Of a stretch of DNA of 64,000 nt, positions 12,378 to 24,935 are shown piece after piece; within the stretch, counting starts at the first letter, position 1; each line of letters begins with the position of its first letter. The stretch comes from Eledone cirrhosa. Its lineage: Eukaryota. Both the position numbers and the translations under genes were made by a program. Below the pieces are notes generated by a model. The model did not search any database. It saw only the letters and a program-made list of their open reading frames with translations, and had not been told where the DNA came from. The DNA lies in contig CAXHJY010000239.1 in the NCBI GenBank assembly GCA_964016885.1, forward strand, positions 1 through 64,000, written 5' to 3'.

Positions 12378-12659
12378 TTACAATGATATTTAATAAATGG
12401 AAACTATATTTATAAAACCATATTTATTCTATTATATATATTTCAAGGGTACCAAAACTTTGGTACACTTTCATCAGATAAACTACAAAGTTTGTTTCAT
12501 AAATTTTGACATATCCAAGAAAAGATACCTTAACGGTTCAAGTTTTTCTTGGATAGTGAAGGGAAAAGAGAAGAAAAGTTAGATATTTCAAATTATTAAG
12601 ATGAGTATGCAAATGAGGTTGAGTTATAGGGCTGAAAACATGTTATTTTAGACGCTATG
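12378..12659 (-). mobile_element. Second copy of the HHR-bearing repeat (motif at 12428-12483)
   Basis: Minus strand reads CTGATGA-AAGTGTACCAAAGTTTTGGTACCCTT-GAAA-TATATATA. Confidence 0.6.
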
Positions 12660-12789
12660 CATATAGTTATTTTAGACGCTATATATATATATATATATAT
12701 ATATATCAGCATGACCTTCTCCTAGAGAGATGTCTTAATGAAGACTAGGAGTCTCTCGCTTCATAAAAAAAAAAAAAAAAAAAACTTTA

Positions 12790-13055
12790 TTGAATGGCCG
12801 TTGACTCTCCTGAGTTTCTGCGACTTCATTTGCATCCAATGATGTAGACCAGTTCTTCTTTTTGGGCAAATGCATTTGATGTTCAGAGAGTGGGATTGGC
12901 GCTGTGCAAAGCCTTCATCACTTAACAAAGCTTGAAGCACAGGAATGGTATTGCTGGCCACAGGCAAGTCCTTAGCAGGACTAAAAAGCCATGTCCATGA
13001 TGCTCATGCTTAAGTATCAAACGATGGCATTACTTGAAATTGAGTTGCCACCATC
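12790..13055 (+). mobile_element. Degraded RTE LINE 3' end with C-terminal zinc-finger remnant
   Basis: Encodes LAGLKSH; terminus GAGTTG..CCACCAT is shared with 54545-54870. Confidence 0.5.
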
Positions 13056-14034
13056 ATATATATATATATATGTGTGTATGTATGTTTATATCTGTCTTTA
13101 TGTTAACATTAGTATAAAATGTTGTGCTATTCACGTTGCACATTTATAACTTATGACTTAGTGGTTCCACAAACAGAGATTGATAGAATAATTACCAGAC
13201 TAAAATTAGTACTGAGGCTGATGTGATCAACAAGACCCCTTGAAAGTAATGCTACAACATGGCTTCTGTCCAATGATTGAAACCAATGAAAAAATATATT
13301 TATATATATATTTAAGGTTGGTGTTAGGAAGGGTATCCAGCTGTAGAAATCAAGCCAGAATCAGTTCCCGTCCCACCCTTGCAAGCAGGGAAAAAGCGGA
13401 CGTAAAATGAAATGAAAAAATGAAATATCATCATCATTACCACCAATTGCATCATAGTACAAGTCACTCTAGACATTGAAAACAGACGTGGAGTGTTATG
13501 TTGCCATTTGCTCTGTATTTTTGTATATATGTGTATAAATTGGCATTAGAAAGGGCTTTCATCCATAGAAACTATGCCAAAATATGGAGCATATGAGCAA
13601 GATGTGGTCATATGACAATCCGACTAACCTATGCAAATAGACATAAAATCCGACTAACCCATGGGAAATAGACATAAAATGGTTATGATGATGATGCATA
13701 TAGATGTGTTTGTGTTATATTGAAAACATGACTGTGATCCAGTTTGATTGCCAATTTGATTCTGAAGATGAATCTGTGAAGACCTTGAAACTTTAATACC
13801 CTCTTGGGTTTAAGAATGCTGTTGTTCCAAACTAAGCATAAAGAACTAATAATGAAATACAAAATCATCTTAAATAAAAATGATGTTTGTAATATAATAT
13901 GTTTGAAAGAAAATCTGAGAGAAAAGTTGAGTTTAAGAGGAATTGAATGTATTGTGCAAGAGAGATTATTGTGCTGCCATTGACATGTGATGTGGGAGGA
14001 GAGCAAGAGAGTATGTCAAATATACTTGAGAGCA

Positions 14035-14232
14035 TGCTGTTTATGCTCGAATAGAAGCCAACCCCACTATTTCATGTCTGAGAAATGGGCAAAAATCCAA
14101 ACCTTATTTACATAGAATTTGAAGTTGGTGAAAATCGTCAAAATATTAGCCCCGAATATAAGCCAAAGCCCCACTTCTACAATCGGGTTTTTGGTCACAT
14201 ATTGCTTAGTTTAGATTTGAGTGTATATGGTA
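14035..14232. mobile_element. Tc1/mariner-pogo-type MITE, degraded
   Basis: Homologous to 20318-20524. Confidence 0.6.
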
Positions 14233-14775
14233 TATAACGTAATGAGCACTGAAAGTGGATGGAACTTGTGGATAAAGGAGACCAAGGAAGACATGAACTG
14301 AACATCACATAGTGGATGATACATGGTTAAGCTGAGTGGAGATATGCCATAATACAAAAGACAAGCCCACCAGTAACAAGAACTGCAACACTAAAAGTAA
14401 ACAATGAGAAACTGGAGGCTACAGTAATTGTGTTCAAAAGTAGACAATATTAGGTTTGAAAAAAACTCTCCAATTTGAACGAACATGTGACAACTTCTCT
14501 GGTGCTGATGTCACAATAAGATGTACCCAGTAAACGCTGGAAAATGTTAGTATATGTGCCAAGATAAAATGCACCCGGTCAACCCTGTAAAGTGCTGGAG
14601 TCATAAAGAATGCACTCAGTACAATTTGTAAGGTAGTTAGTGTTAAAAAGGGTATCCAGCTGTAGAAAGCAGGCCAAATATATAATGTAATGAGCAAGAT
14701 GAGTTTGCTCTGACCTATCTGATCTCAGACCATGACAACCTATCCAAACCATACCAGTATGTAAAATGATGATGA

Positions 14776-14841
<66 letters not shown>

Positions 14842-15067
14842 TTGTCATTGTCCATTTAAGATTTGTTTTCCCTGCAATCAATGGTATATATATTTATATA
14901 TATATATCATCATCATCATCATTGTTTAACGTCTATCTTCCAGGTCAGCATTGGTTAGACGGGAATTGTCCCACTTGAGACAAGATTGGTCGGGTGACCG
15001 TGTCTCGCTCGTATAGGACTATCTGGCAGATTTTCTATGGCTGGACGCCCTTTCTAACACCAATATA

Positions 15068-15952
15068 CGAGGTGTGTCAGAAAAGTTCCAGGACTGATGT
15101 CACAAAAGATTTATTTCAAACCCAAACTTCACACTAAGAGTTTTCTCCTTCAAAGTAATCCCCCTGGAGTATGTAACCTTAATCTTAGCTCTCTGCAGCG
15201 ATCAAACTTTTTTCTTCATAATTTTATATACATGTCCTCTGTTTCAGGTCGTCAAGCAATGAGCACAGGGCAACGAACAAACTTAAAGTTTCTGGTACGG
15301 TTAGGGAAAACTCCATCAGAAGCACTGGGATTTCTGCAGCAAGTGTATTGAGATGAGACGATGTCTTGCTCACGTGTTTTTGAGTGGTGCAAGATGACCC
15401 CAGGAGCGGAAGGCCCTCAACAACCAGGACTGAGGTCAACGTTGAGCGCGTCAGACAGATGGTGCATAGCGATCGTCGGCTGACTGTTCGACTGATGTCA
15501 AATGAGCTGAGCATGAATCAGGACAGTGTTTGGAAGATTCTCACTGAAGATTTGGACATGCGGAAAGTCTGCGTGAAGATGGTGCCAAAACTGCTAAACA
15601 ATGACCAGAAGGGTCGACGCATGCAAGTGTGCCAGGACATCCTCAAGCATCTTGAAACCGAACCAGACTTGCTAGGGACAGTCATCACTGGTGATGAGTC
15701 ATGGATCTTCGAGTACGACCCAGAGGGGACCCGTTTTGAAGACATGGATGACATCAAAAAGGCCGTGACGACGGAACTGTGGAGGATCCCGGAAGAATCC
15801 TTCCAGGAGTTCATGCAAGCGCGGCAGAAAAGGATGGAAAAGTGCATTAGACTCCAGGGGATTACTTTGAGGGAGAAAACTCTAAGTGTGAAGTTTGGGT
15901 TTGAAATAAATCTTTTGTGACATCAGTCCTGGAACTTTTCTGGCACACCTCA
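15068..15952 (+). mobile_element. Mariner transposon, internally deleted and non-autonomous, ~100-bp TIRs, TA target duplication
   Basis: DDPRSGRP, MVPKLL, ITGDESWIFEYDPE fused directly to GTRFED...KCIRLQG; TIR CGAGGTGTGTCAGAAAAGTTCC; premature stop and frameshifts. Confidence 0.92.
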
Positions 15953-16169
15953 TATATATATATATATGTGTGTGTATATATGTATGGTCCCTTAATTCTC
16001 AAGGGAGTTGTAGGGGCAATATATTGACATATAGTGTTCCTAGAGCATTTTTTTAAAACTTAGCAGAGCCCATCTCCTCTCCAGGTCTCTTCCAAAGAAG
16101 GATAGAAAGTGAGAGAACAGTATATATATATATATATAATCATCATTATCATTTAACACCTATTTCAAA

Positions 16170-16360
16170 GGCAGTGGATTGGCAGTATTGGTAGAGGGTT
16201 GGGCGCCATGCTTTGATGCATAGAGTTACAGCCCTTGCCATTCTGAGTTCAAATCCCGCCAAGGTTAACTTTGCCTTTCATCCTTACAGGGTCGATAAAA
16301 TAAAGTACCAGTAATACACTGAGTAATTGCTGGCCTTGTGCGAAAAGTAGAAACAATTAT
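16170..16360 (+). mobile_element. tRNA-derived SINE of the dominant family (more than 20 copies or fragments in the window)
   Basis: A-box TGGCAGTATTGG, B-box GAGTTCAAATCC, core GCCTTTCATCCTTACGGGGTCGATAAAATAAAGTACC, (ATT)n-type tail. Other copies at 17337-17492, 23541-23728, 43305-43493(-), 52073-52260(-). Confidence 0.9.
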
Positions 16361-16410
16361 CATTTAACATCTATTTTCCATGCTAGCATGGGTCTATATA
16401 TATATATGCT

Positions 16411-16453
<43 letters not shown>

Positions 16454-16753
16454 ACATAGTGTTAAGACAGAGTTACTTTACGTAATTGTTTTATTGCATA
16501 ATATATATTTCAATGTCATGGTGGTTAGTAATCATGCAATGGTTACATTTGTTACATCATTATATATATATATAATATGTGTGTGTGTGTGTATATATAT
16601 ATATGTGTGTGTATGTGTATATGTGTGTGTGTGTTTATGTGTATGTGTGTGTGTATATGTGTGTATGTGTGTATATATGTGTGTGTGTATGTATATATAT
16701 ATATGTATAAATGTGTGTATATATATATATGTATATATATGTGTGTACATGTG

Positions 16754-16843
<90 letters not shown>

Positions 16844-17522
16844 TTTAGACAATGAACTAATCAAACAAAGTTTCTGTGATCAAATATAATATATTATTAT
16901 TTCAAAGAAAATCAGCTTTCAAATTCTTTTGTTTATACTATGCCATGGTCCAACAACAACAACAATAAAACAACAGTGGAGAAATAAAGCCTGCTTGGTT
17001 GTTTTCCCTCCAAATCCTCAACACAATGTCATTACCAGTATAATGCTGTTGCTAGCTTATTGATTTATTTTTCTTCTTCTTCTTCATAAATTTATATCTG
17101 AAATATACTGGTTAGCTAAAGTAGAAAATCATTTGGCTGAAAGAACAAAGAGATTCAAAGTTTGACCACATATTGTATCTGTTTAGTCTGAGAGAATAAT
17201 CAACCATAATGATATGCCACATGTTTTTGTGTGTATATATAGATGCATACATACACACATATATACATATATATGTATGAGGTGTCCCCCCCAAAATGCA
17301 TTAAAATAAATTCTGTTTTATATGCATTATTTAAATTGTGGATTGGCAGTATCGGTAGAGAGTCGGACACCATGCTTTGAAGCATAGAGTTACGTCCCTT
17401 TATGATCTGAGTTCAAATCCCGCCGAGGTTAACTTTGCCTTTCATCCTTACGGGGTCGATAAAATAAAGTACCAGTAATGTACTGGGTAATTGCATACAT
17501 ACATACACACACATATATAAAA

Positions 17523-17835
17523 GCACATAGCTTAGTGATTAGAGTGTTAGGCTTGCAATTGTGAAGTTGTGAGTTCAATTACAGGACCACGTGATGCATT
17601 CTTTCCTTGAGCAAGACATTTCATTTCACATTGCTCCAGTTTACTCAGCTGTAGAAATGAGTTATGATGTCACTGGTGCCAAGCTGTATTGGATATTGTC
17701 TTCCCTTGGACAACATTAGTGGCATGGAAAGGAGAGTCTGGTCTTCCACAAACAACCTTGCCCAGACTTGTACCTCAAAGGTGAACTTTCAAGGTGCAAA
17801 TCCCATGGTCATTCGTGACTGAAGGGGATCTTTCA
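17523..17835 (+). mobile_element. Second tRNA-derived SINE family
   Basis: TAGCTTAGTGATTAG A-box, GAGTTCAATT B-box, TCCTTGAGCAAGACA body; degraded inverted copy near 43640-43830. Confidence 0.65.
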
Positions 17836-17861
17836 TATTATATATAAATATATATATATAT

Positions 17862-18232
17862 ATTATATACATTGGACGGATAGGTGTCCTCATCTTGTTT
17901 TGTTGTTGACACAACGTTTCGGCTGATGTACTCTCCAGCCTTCATCAGGTGTCCTAGTGATGTTATTATTAACATTTGTTCAGGTCACTGCCTAGAATTG
18001 TACTTGGAATCTTGAGGTTAGTAGCTCGCTTTTTAACCACTTTTTTTTTTTTTTAAATATTTAATTCCAGGCAGTGACCTGAACAAATGTTAATAATAAC
18101 ATCACTGGGACACCTGATGAAGGCTGGAGAGTACATCAGCCGAAACGTGTCAACAACAAAACAAGATGAAGACACCTATCCGTCCAATGTATATAATGTA
18201 AATAATTCCTCGTCTCAAAAATATAGAACAGT
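17862..18232. mobile_element. HHR-containing short retroelement in inverted arrangement, with tRNA-like head
   Basis: 17862-17999 inverted against 18063-18197; extra tail 18198-18232; (TA)n flanks. Confidence 0.75.
17908..17953 (-). ncRNA. Minimal type I hammerhead ribozyme motif
   Basis: GACAC-CUGAUGA-A-GGCUG(GAGAGUACAU)CAGCC-GAAAC-GUU-GUGUC: complete core, stems I and II pair, palindromic stem III (ACGU). Confidence 0.8.
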
Positions 18233-18370
18233 AATATATATATTGATAATCGCCACTGACGAACACAAGAAAGTTCTCGAGGAAGTTAACCGGGATTTTT
18301 AAGAAAAACTTCCCACCGAACTTAACAAAGAACTTACTAGATCTACATAGCAAAATTGTAAAATTGTAAT

Positions 18371-18545
18371 ACAGGTAAAATTTCGTTATAACGAATACCA
18401 TTATAACGAATTTTTCAGTATAACAACATTTTTCTCAATCCCCAGCCACACGCTCAATGTGTTGGGTCGATCTCATTATAAAGAATTTGTTACAACAAAT
18501 TTCTTTTTATATTCTGTGAATTTTGTTATAATGGAATTTTACTCT
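18371..18545. mobile_element. pogo/Tigger-type MITE
   Basis: Degenerate TIRs CAGGTAAAATTTCGTTATAAC / GTTATAATGGAATTTTACTC, TA flanks, internal TTATAACGAA repeats. Confidence 0.6.
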
Positions 18546-20317
18546 ATTATAAAATTAAATTGTTTAGAACACCAACTACAAGTGAAGTCATTCTTTTCCT
18601 TTTTTCAAATATATATATATATATATATATATCCATCTGCCATGTTCTTACAATAAGGAGTTCACTTTCCAATGACAATGTCCAGGGTTCTAATCAGACA
18701 TTGTCCAAAATTACTCATACATTTAATCCTCTATGTCTATTATACATATATGCTGAACATTTATGTAATTTCGTTTCTGAATTTAGTTAGCAAGATTCTT
18801 TATCTGAAAACGTATGTTGAAACCGATATTGTTATACTTTGGGAGGGTCATGTTGCCAATAAGAAACACACGCACCAGTTGCTTTCACTTCAATTTATTA
18901 TAATAAATTTATAAATTTAGGAATTTATAAATTTAGGAATTTATAAATTTCCGGTTGGTTGGTTAAAAATTTATGTAATTATAGCCTATAAATAAATCAT
19001 CAAAATATCATTTTTAATTTTAATCCCTTCCATGTATCAGCAATCAACATAAACTAGGGTTTCTCTTATGCAAACCATAAATTTATCAAAACGCAAATGT
19101 CCCAGTTTGTATAATTGTTCATATATCCAGTAATCCTGGTATATATGACTTATCAATCCTTGACTCCCCAAATTAAATAGATTCAATGCTATTGTTATTA
19201 TTGATGGCACAGAATGTGGTGGATTGGCAGAATTGTGAGGAGACAGTGTTTCGTAGTATTTCTCTTTACATTTTGTGTTCAAATCTTGCTGAGGTAACTC
19301 TTCCTTTCATCCTTTCGGTGTCGTCAATTAAATAAACTACAAGTGATGTATAGGGATTGATTTAATGAACTTTCTATTTCTCTCAAATATGTTGGCCTTT
19401 CTGGTATTTCTTTCAGTTCTTTACATTCTGAGTTCAAATCATGCCTAGGTCAACATTGTATTTCAACCTTCTGGGGTTGATAAAATAAAGTACCAGTGAA
19501 ATATTGGTGTTGTTTAAGAGCTTTGCCCTTTCCCAAAATTTGCTTTATTAGAAATCAGTATTGATGGTATTGGTCCATCCACTAGTATTTAGATAAAAGA
19601 TTAAGTAAACCCAAACTGAAAATAATGGTGGTGGTGATGGCAGTAGGTGGAGTGTGTGTGTGTGTGGGGGGGGGGCTGCTACAGCAGAAATTTTAATGAG
19701 AAGTTTGTGATTTTGCATAAGTTTGTATGCCATGATGCAGAAGAGGATTCTGACATTTTCTATTTGTCCCTTTGTGTGAAAGAGAGAGAAGTTTTTTTTT
19801 ACTACTGATAGAAGATAAAACTGGAAGCAATGGTTTCAGGTTGCATTGATATGATATGCCGTTGTTTTTTTGAGACAATAGAGTCAGCATTATAGAGTGG
19901 TTACATAATGATTATATTTATTCAGAAAGGGGACAATGAGAATATTGTTTCTTTCCTCATTCACAGAAATAAATATAGGGAGCTATTGAATCAGTTTCTA
20001 TAATGTTAAATAGATGAGACAACTTTTCTCTTGGATAGGAATACACTTAGCTCTTAACATCCTGTAATGATTTAACAGAAAATATTTAAAAACAAGGTTG
20101 TTAATTCAAATGATTGTAGTATCTTTACAAGTGGACAGATCTTTGTGAAAATTTGCAGTATCAATATATTTTAATGTGGTACAAAAGTTATAGTACTGTT
20201 TTATACTTTTCAAATAATGGCTTGCTAATGCAGTTTCAAGATGTTAAATGTTAAAGATGATGCTTCAGCATTGCTTTGGCTATGATAACTGAAACAAACT
20301 AATGCATGCTGATCTAC

Positions 20318-20524
20318 CGTATATGCTTGAATATAAGCCGACCCCACTGTTTTATGTCTGAGAAATGGGCAAAATTTCAAACCTTATTTACGTAGAATTT
20401 GAGGTTGGGGAAATTGTCCAAATATTGACTCCAAATACAAGCCCATTTCAAACCTTATTTACGTAGAATTTGAGGTTGGGCAAATTGGTCATATATTCCT
20501 CAGCTTATATTCGAGTATATATGG
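20318..20524. mobile_element. Tc1/mariner-pogo-type MITE
   Basis: TIRs CCGTATATGCTTGAATATAAGC / GCTTATATTCGAGTATATATGG with TA flanks; internal ~35-bp duplication. Confidence 0.75.
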
Positions 20525-21367
20525 TATGTCAGATTGCTTTTAGGGTGGTTGACTTAATATTGCATGTTTTAACACTACCACTTGACTTTTGGATGCTTTT
20601 AGAAGGACCAACTCTGATGGAGGCATTCTTACCAGATTGCTGTTGTGGTTTATTCCTTTCTTTTACTGGTGCTTTCTTTCTTTGATTAAGCCATTAAAAG
20701 AAGAAAAAAGACGTGATTGTTTTAGAAGGCTACAACAGTGTAAATATGACATTAAAAATTGAAAATAATGATAATAAATTTGTTGGAATGTTACTTTGGA
20801 GGTGTGTAACTAGTCCTTAATATTTTGTGAGAAAATCCCTTTGTCAAAAGAAGAGTTGTGGAAACTAAGCTTAGAACACATAACACATGATCTATTTACT
20901 ACATTCAGTATTGAAAAAACGCATCACTTTCAGGTTTAAAAATACCATCCCAATACAAGATATCCTGCTCTGACTTAGTTTCTCCAGATTCTCTTTGGGC
21001 AAAGGGATTATATCCCAAAATATTAAAGACTAATTAAACACCTCCAATGTAACATTCCACCAACTTTGCTATCATTATTTTTAACATTTAATGTTCTATT
21101 TGCATTGCTGCAGCCTTTGAAAAAAACCACTATTTTCTACATTCTATTTTCTATATTGTATATTATATATATATATATATTTATTGTGACTGGGGTTATA
21201 TGTTCAATCATATACAAAATGTTTATGTAAATAAACAGCCTTATAATCATACTATGAATTTTACCACTGGTTTCTGTCAACATGAATGGACCTATTATTT
21301 TTATCTAAAGACATTTTTTCCAATTCCAACCTGCCTGTCCCTTCAATCTATCTTATTCCTCATTTTT

Positions 21368-21403
21368 TCTTCTGATGAAGGACTAGCATCTGAAACGTTA
21401 AGA
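21368..21403 (+). ncRNA. Minimal hammerhead ribozyme motif
   Basis: UCUU-CUGAUGA-A-GGA(CUAGCA)UCU-GAAAC-GUU-AAGA; decayed homolog at 52821-52857(-). Confidence 0.65.
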
Positions 21404-21634
21404 TCCTCTTCCTGCTATATCAAGCATTAACCTAATATATCCCTTCCATATACTGTACCGATTGTGTTGTTATTTCTGTTTGCCTTTTATATATATATAT
21501 ATATATATATAATACTATATATAATACTGCTGGCTTAGTTCAGATCTAGCTGTCGAAACGGCCGGAGCTCAGCCGTCAGGGTCCTGACTCTTTTCATATG
21601 TATATATATTATATTATATACATATATATATATG

Positions 21635-21684
<50 letters not shown>

Positions 21685-21699
21685 TATTATTATTGTTAT

Positions 21700-22380
21700 T
21701 AGTATCATCAGATCATTTGCTGCATGTAGATATGTCTCTTCGCGTTCTGATTTCAAATCCTGCCAAGGTTAGCTTTGCCTTTCAACCTTACAGAATCAAT
21801 AAAATAAAATACCAGTAACACACTGGGCTCAATTTAATCGACTTTCCCACCTCCCAAATTGTTGGCTTTGTGCCTAAATCAAAAACCATTATTACTATAA
21901 TTATTTGAGTGTCGGACAAATGCATAACAATATTTGTTCCAGCTCTTTATGTTCCGAGTTCAAATTGCCCCAAGTTCTACTTTACCTTTTATCCTTCCAG
22001 GGTCAATAAAATAAAGTACCAGTTAAGTACTGGGGATTGATGTAATCAACTTTCTCCTTCCCCCAAATTGCTGGTCTTGTGCCAACAATAGAAAGAATAA
22101 TTATTAGGGTGTTTGATTGTCACAAACAACATCCGGCCACTTTAGATGCTTTAATTTGTTTAGTTCAATGCATCATTGTTTTCAATTAATGACTTTGAGT
22201 TCAAATCTCACTGATCTTAATTTCTCACTACTATGCCCCTGTGTCCCCTGCCTGCCCCCCCCCCCCCCCCCCACTGCCTGTGCTTACCCTGGCATTGATA
22301 AAGATAGGTTCTGTGGATCAATAAAACTGGCTGTCTGCCAATTACAACAGAGTTGGCCTTGTGCCTAAGAAAGAAATCAA
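21700..22380 (+). mobile_element. Three head-to-tail degraded SINE copies
   Basis: Repeated B-box, core and TTGGCCTTGTGCCTAA tail. Confidence 0.75.
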
Positions 22381-22410
22381 TAGTAATAATCATAGTAATA
22401 GTGGTAGTAA

Positions 22411-22442
<32 letters not shown>

Positions 22443-22659
22443 ACAGCATCAGTAGTAGTAGTTGTACTGGTAGTGGTAGTAGTAATGTTGGTGGTGGTAG
22501 AGTAGTTACTGATTAGCCTAGACCAGACTTCATCTAGCACAACTGTCTTATGCAATGTATTTATTTCCTGTTTTTAAGACAGCAAAGTGCAATTTGATCG
22601 GGATTTGGTTGCTATTTCTAGCAGGTTGAGTGATCACACAGAGGCTCCTTCATTCGAAA

Positions 22660-23015
22660 ATAGTAGTTGTAGTAGTAGTAGTGGTAGAAGTAGCAACAGC
22701 AGCAGTGGTAATACTGGTAGTAATAATGGCAGCAGTAACTGTAGTAGCAGCAATAGTAGTTGTAATAGTGGAAGCTGTAGTAGTAGCAGTTGTAGTAGTA
22801 GTAGCAGCAGTAGCATAGGCAGTAGTAGTAGCAGCAGCAGTAGTAGTAGCAACAATAGTAGTAGTAGTAGCAGCAGCAGTAGTAGTAGTAACAGCAGCAG
22901 CAGCAGTAGTAGTAGTAGTAACAGCAGCAGTAGTAGTAGTAACAGCAGCAGTAGTAGCAGCAGCAGCGGCAGCAACAGCAGTAGTAGTAGTAGTAGCAAC
23001 AGCACCACCAACAGC
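22660..23015. repeat. (AGT/AGC)n trinucleotide repeat
   Basis: Read directly from the sequence. Confidence 0.9.
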
Positions 23016-23426
23016 AACTGTTTATTCAAAACACTTTCCATGTGCTGCAAACAAAAATCAAGTTATAATTAATGTAATTGTTTACTGCAATATGCACACA
23101 ATACTAACTGCTGGTGCACATTATGCTGTATATATTGATGCATAATATGTTGCAGTTCAGGATGGCTGCAGATTACATGCACTCAGGAACTAGTGTCTGA
23201 ATACAAGTTACATAACACTGACTTTAATCATGCATGCATCATCATCACCACCACCATCACCATCATCATTATCACCACCATCACTTCATCATAACTATCA
23301 CCACCATCATTGATATCATCCTCAACATCAACTACACCACCACTCCATCATCATTACCACCACCACCACCTATGCCTGTGTCCCCTCCCTCTTCCACTAG
23401 CATTCCCTATCTCCCTCTCCCTCTCT

Positions 23427-23459
<33 letters not shown>

Positions 23460-24529
23460 GACAATTAAATATATTGGGACAATTAAATCTCTCCCAAGGT
23501 AACTCTTATCTCGTGTTATTATTTTTAGTTTTTTTATTTAGGGCAGTGGATTGGCAGTATCAGTAGTGTTGGATGCCATGCTTTCCAGCATAGTTACGTC
23601 CCTTTACGATCTGAGTTCAAATCCCGCCAAGGTTGACTTTGCCTTTCATTCTTACGGGGTCGATAAAATAAAGTACCAGTAATGCACTGGGTAATTGCTG
23701 GCCTTGTGCCTAAAGTAGAAACAATTATTTTTATTTTTTACGCTTTTTTCTACGTTCTTCTACACGCTATACATATCATTCTACATTCACTTACATCTCT
23801 CTCTTCACCACCGGATCTTGTTACCTGGAGAATTACCCATCTGCATTGTTGAGGCTTCCAAAACGACCTAAAGAAAATATATCTTATATATATATATATA
23901 TACATCCAGCCATAGAAAACCAGCCAGAAACACTCCTATATGAGCGAAATACGGTCACCCGACGCAACTTGCCTCTAAATGGGACAAACCCGTCTAACCC
24001 ATGTTAGTGTGGAAGATAAACGTTAATAGATGATGATGATAAAATCATCCTTATGATTTAATGGTCATTTCATTATAAATATGGTAATGAAAGTGTTAAG
24101 ATGATAGTGTGATTTAAAGGAGATTTAGCTACTATTTCTAACAAAATGAACGACCATCTAGAGGTCTCCTACTTTTTGGATCCTTTTAGCAGTATTTATT
24201 TTCAAAATTTTATTTACATAAATATTTTGTATAGGAAAAAAGAAAAAAAATTAAATAACAAAAATAAGGGGAATGGAGGTTCAGACAACACCGCAGAAAG
24301 CATTGCCTGCCACACCTGCCACATCGGCCACTCCAGTAATCAACTTTAAACTGATGACCATGTGGTTAGTTTGTGACTCAGACCATGACATGGTAAATTA
24401 ATTCAACAACTATCAATTAAATTATATAATGTTAACAATAAAAAAGAAAAAAGAATGAAAAAAGATTAAATAGCGAAAATAATGAGAAATGGTGTGGGAT
24501 TGGTAGACACTACACCCTAGTCAGGGTGG

Positions 24530-24935
24530 TAATCTCAGCTGCACTTTGCAGACAAAATGGTGAAGACATTACCATGGAGAATAGCCAGCAACACCTACTT
24601 CATCAACCACTCCACCTAATGGGGTTCCTTCATCAGACATGATGCACACCTCCCAATTTTGTGGAAGAAAACAGTAGTTTGGGGATCAAGGACACCAGAG
24701 GTCTCAATGGCAATTGGCATGAAAAGGAAGTGGTCAGTCAAGTCCAAGTATTTGGTTATTTTTCACTCATCAGTGTTATGGGCAGCACATGTAGCATTCC
24801 AAATTAGAGAGTTATCCTGTCTGGGTGCTTGCCATGACCATGGCGGATGCCAGCCAGCTCCATTTGGGATGGGAAACCAGCCACATCACTGTCAATCAAA
24901 TCTTCATTCTGCAATACTCTTCAAATGCCACCACC
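24530..24935 (-). mobile_element. Degraded CRE-like (restriction-like endonuclease) non-LTR retrotransposon C-terminus
   Basis: Broken frames give ELAGIRHGHGKHPDRITL, FMPIAIETSGVL and LAILHGN, resembling the EPxGL-DGKRPDG / F-P-A-ET-G / QRGN pattern. Confidence 0.6.

Noticed and set aside
16170-16262. tRNA genes
   Set aside because: The A and B boxes belong to SINE heads; no complete cloverleaf, and SINE body follows.
22587-23566. Poly-Ser, poly-Leu and poly-His ORFs
   Set aside because: Trinucleotide microsatellites without convincing exon context.
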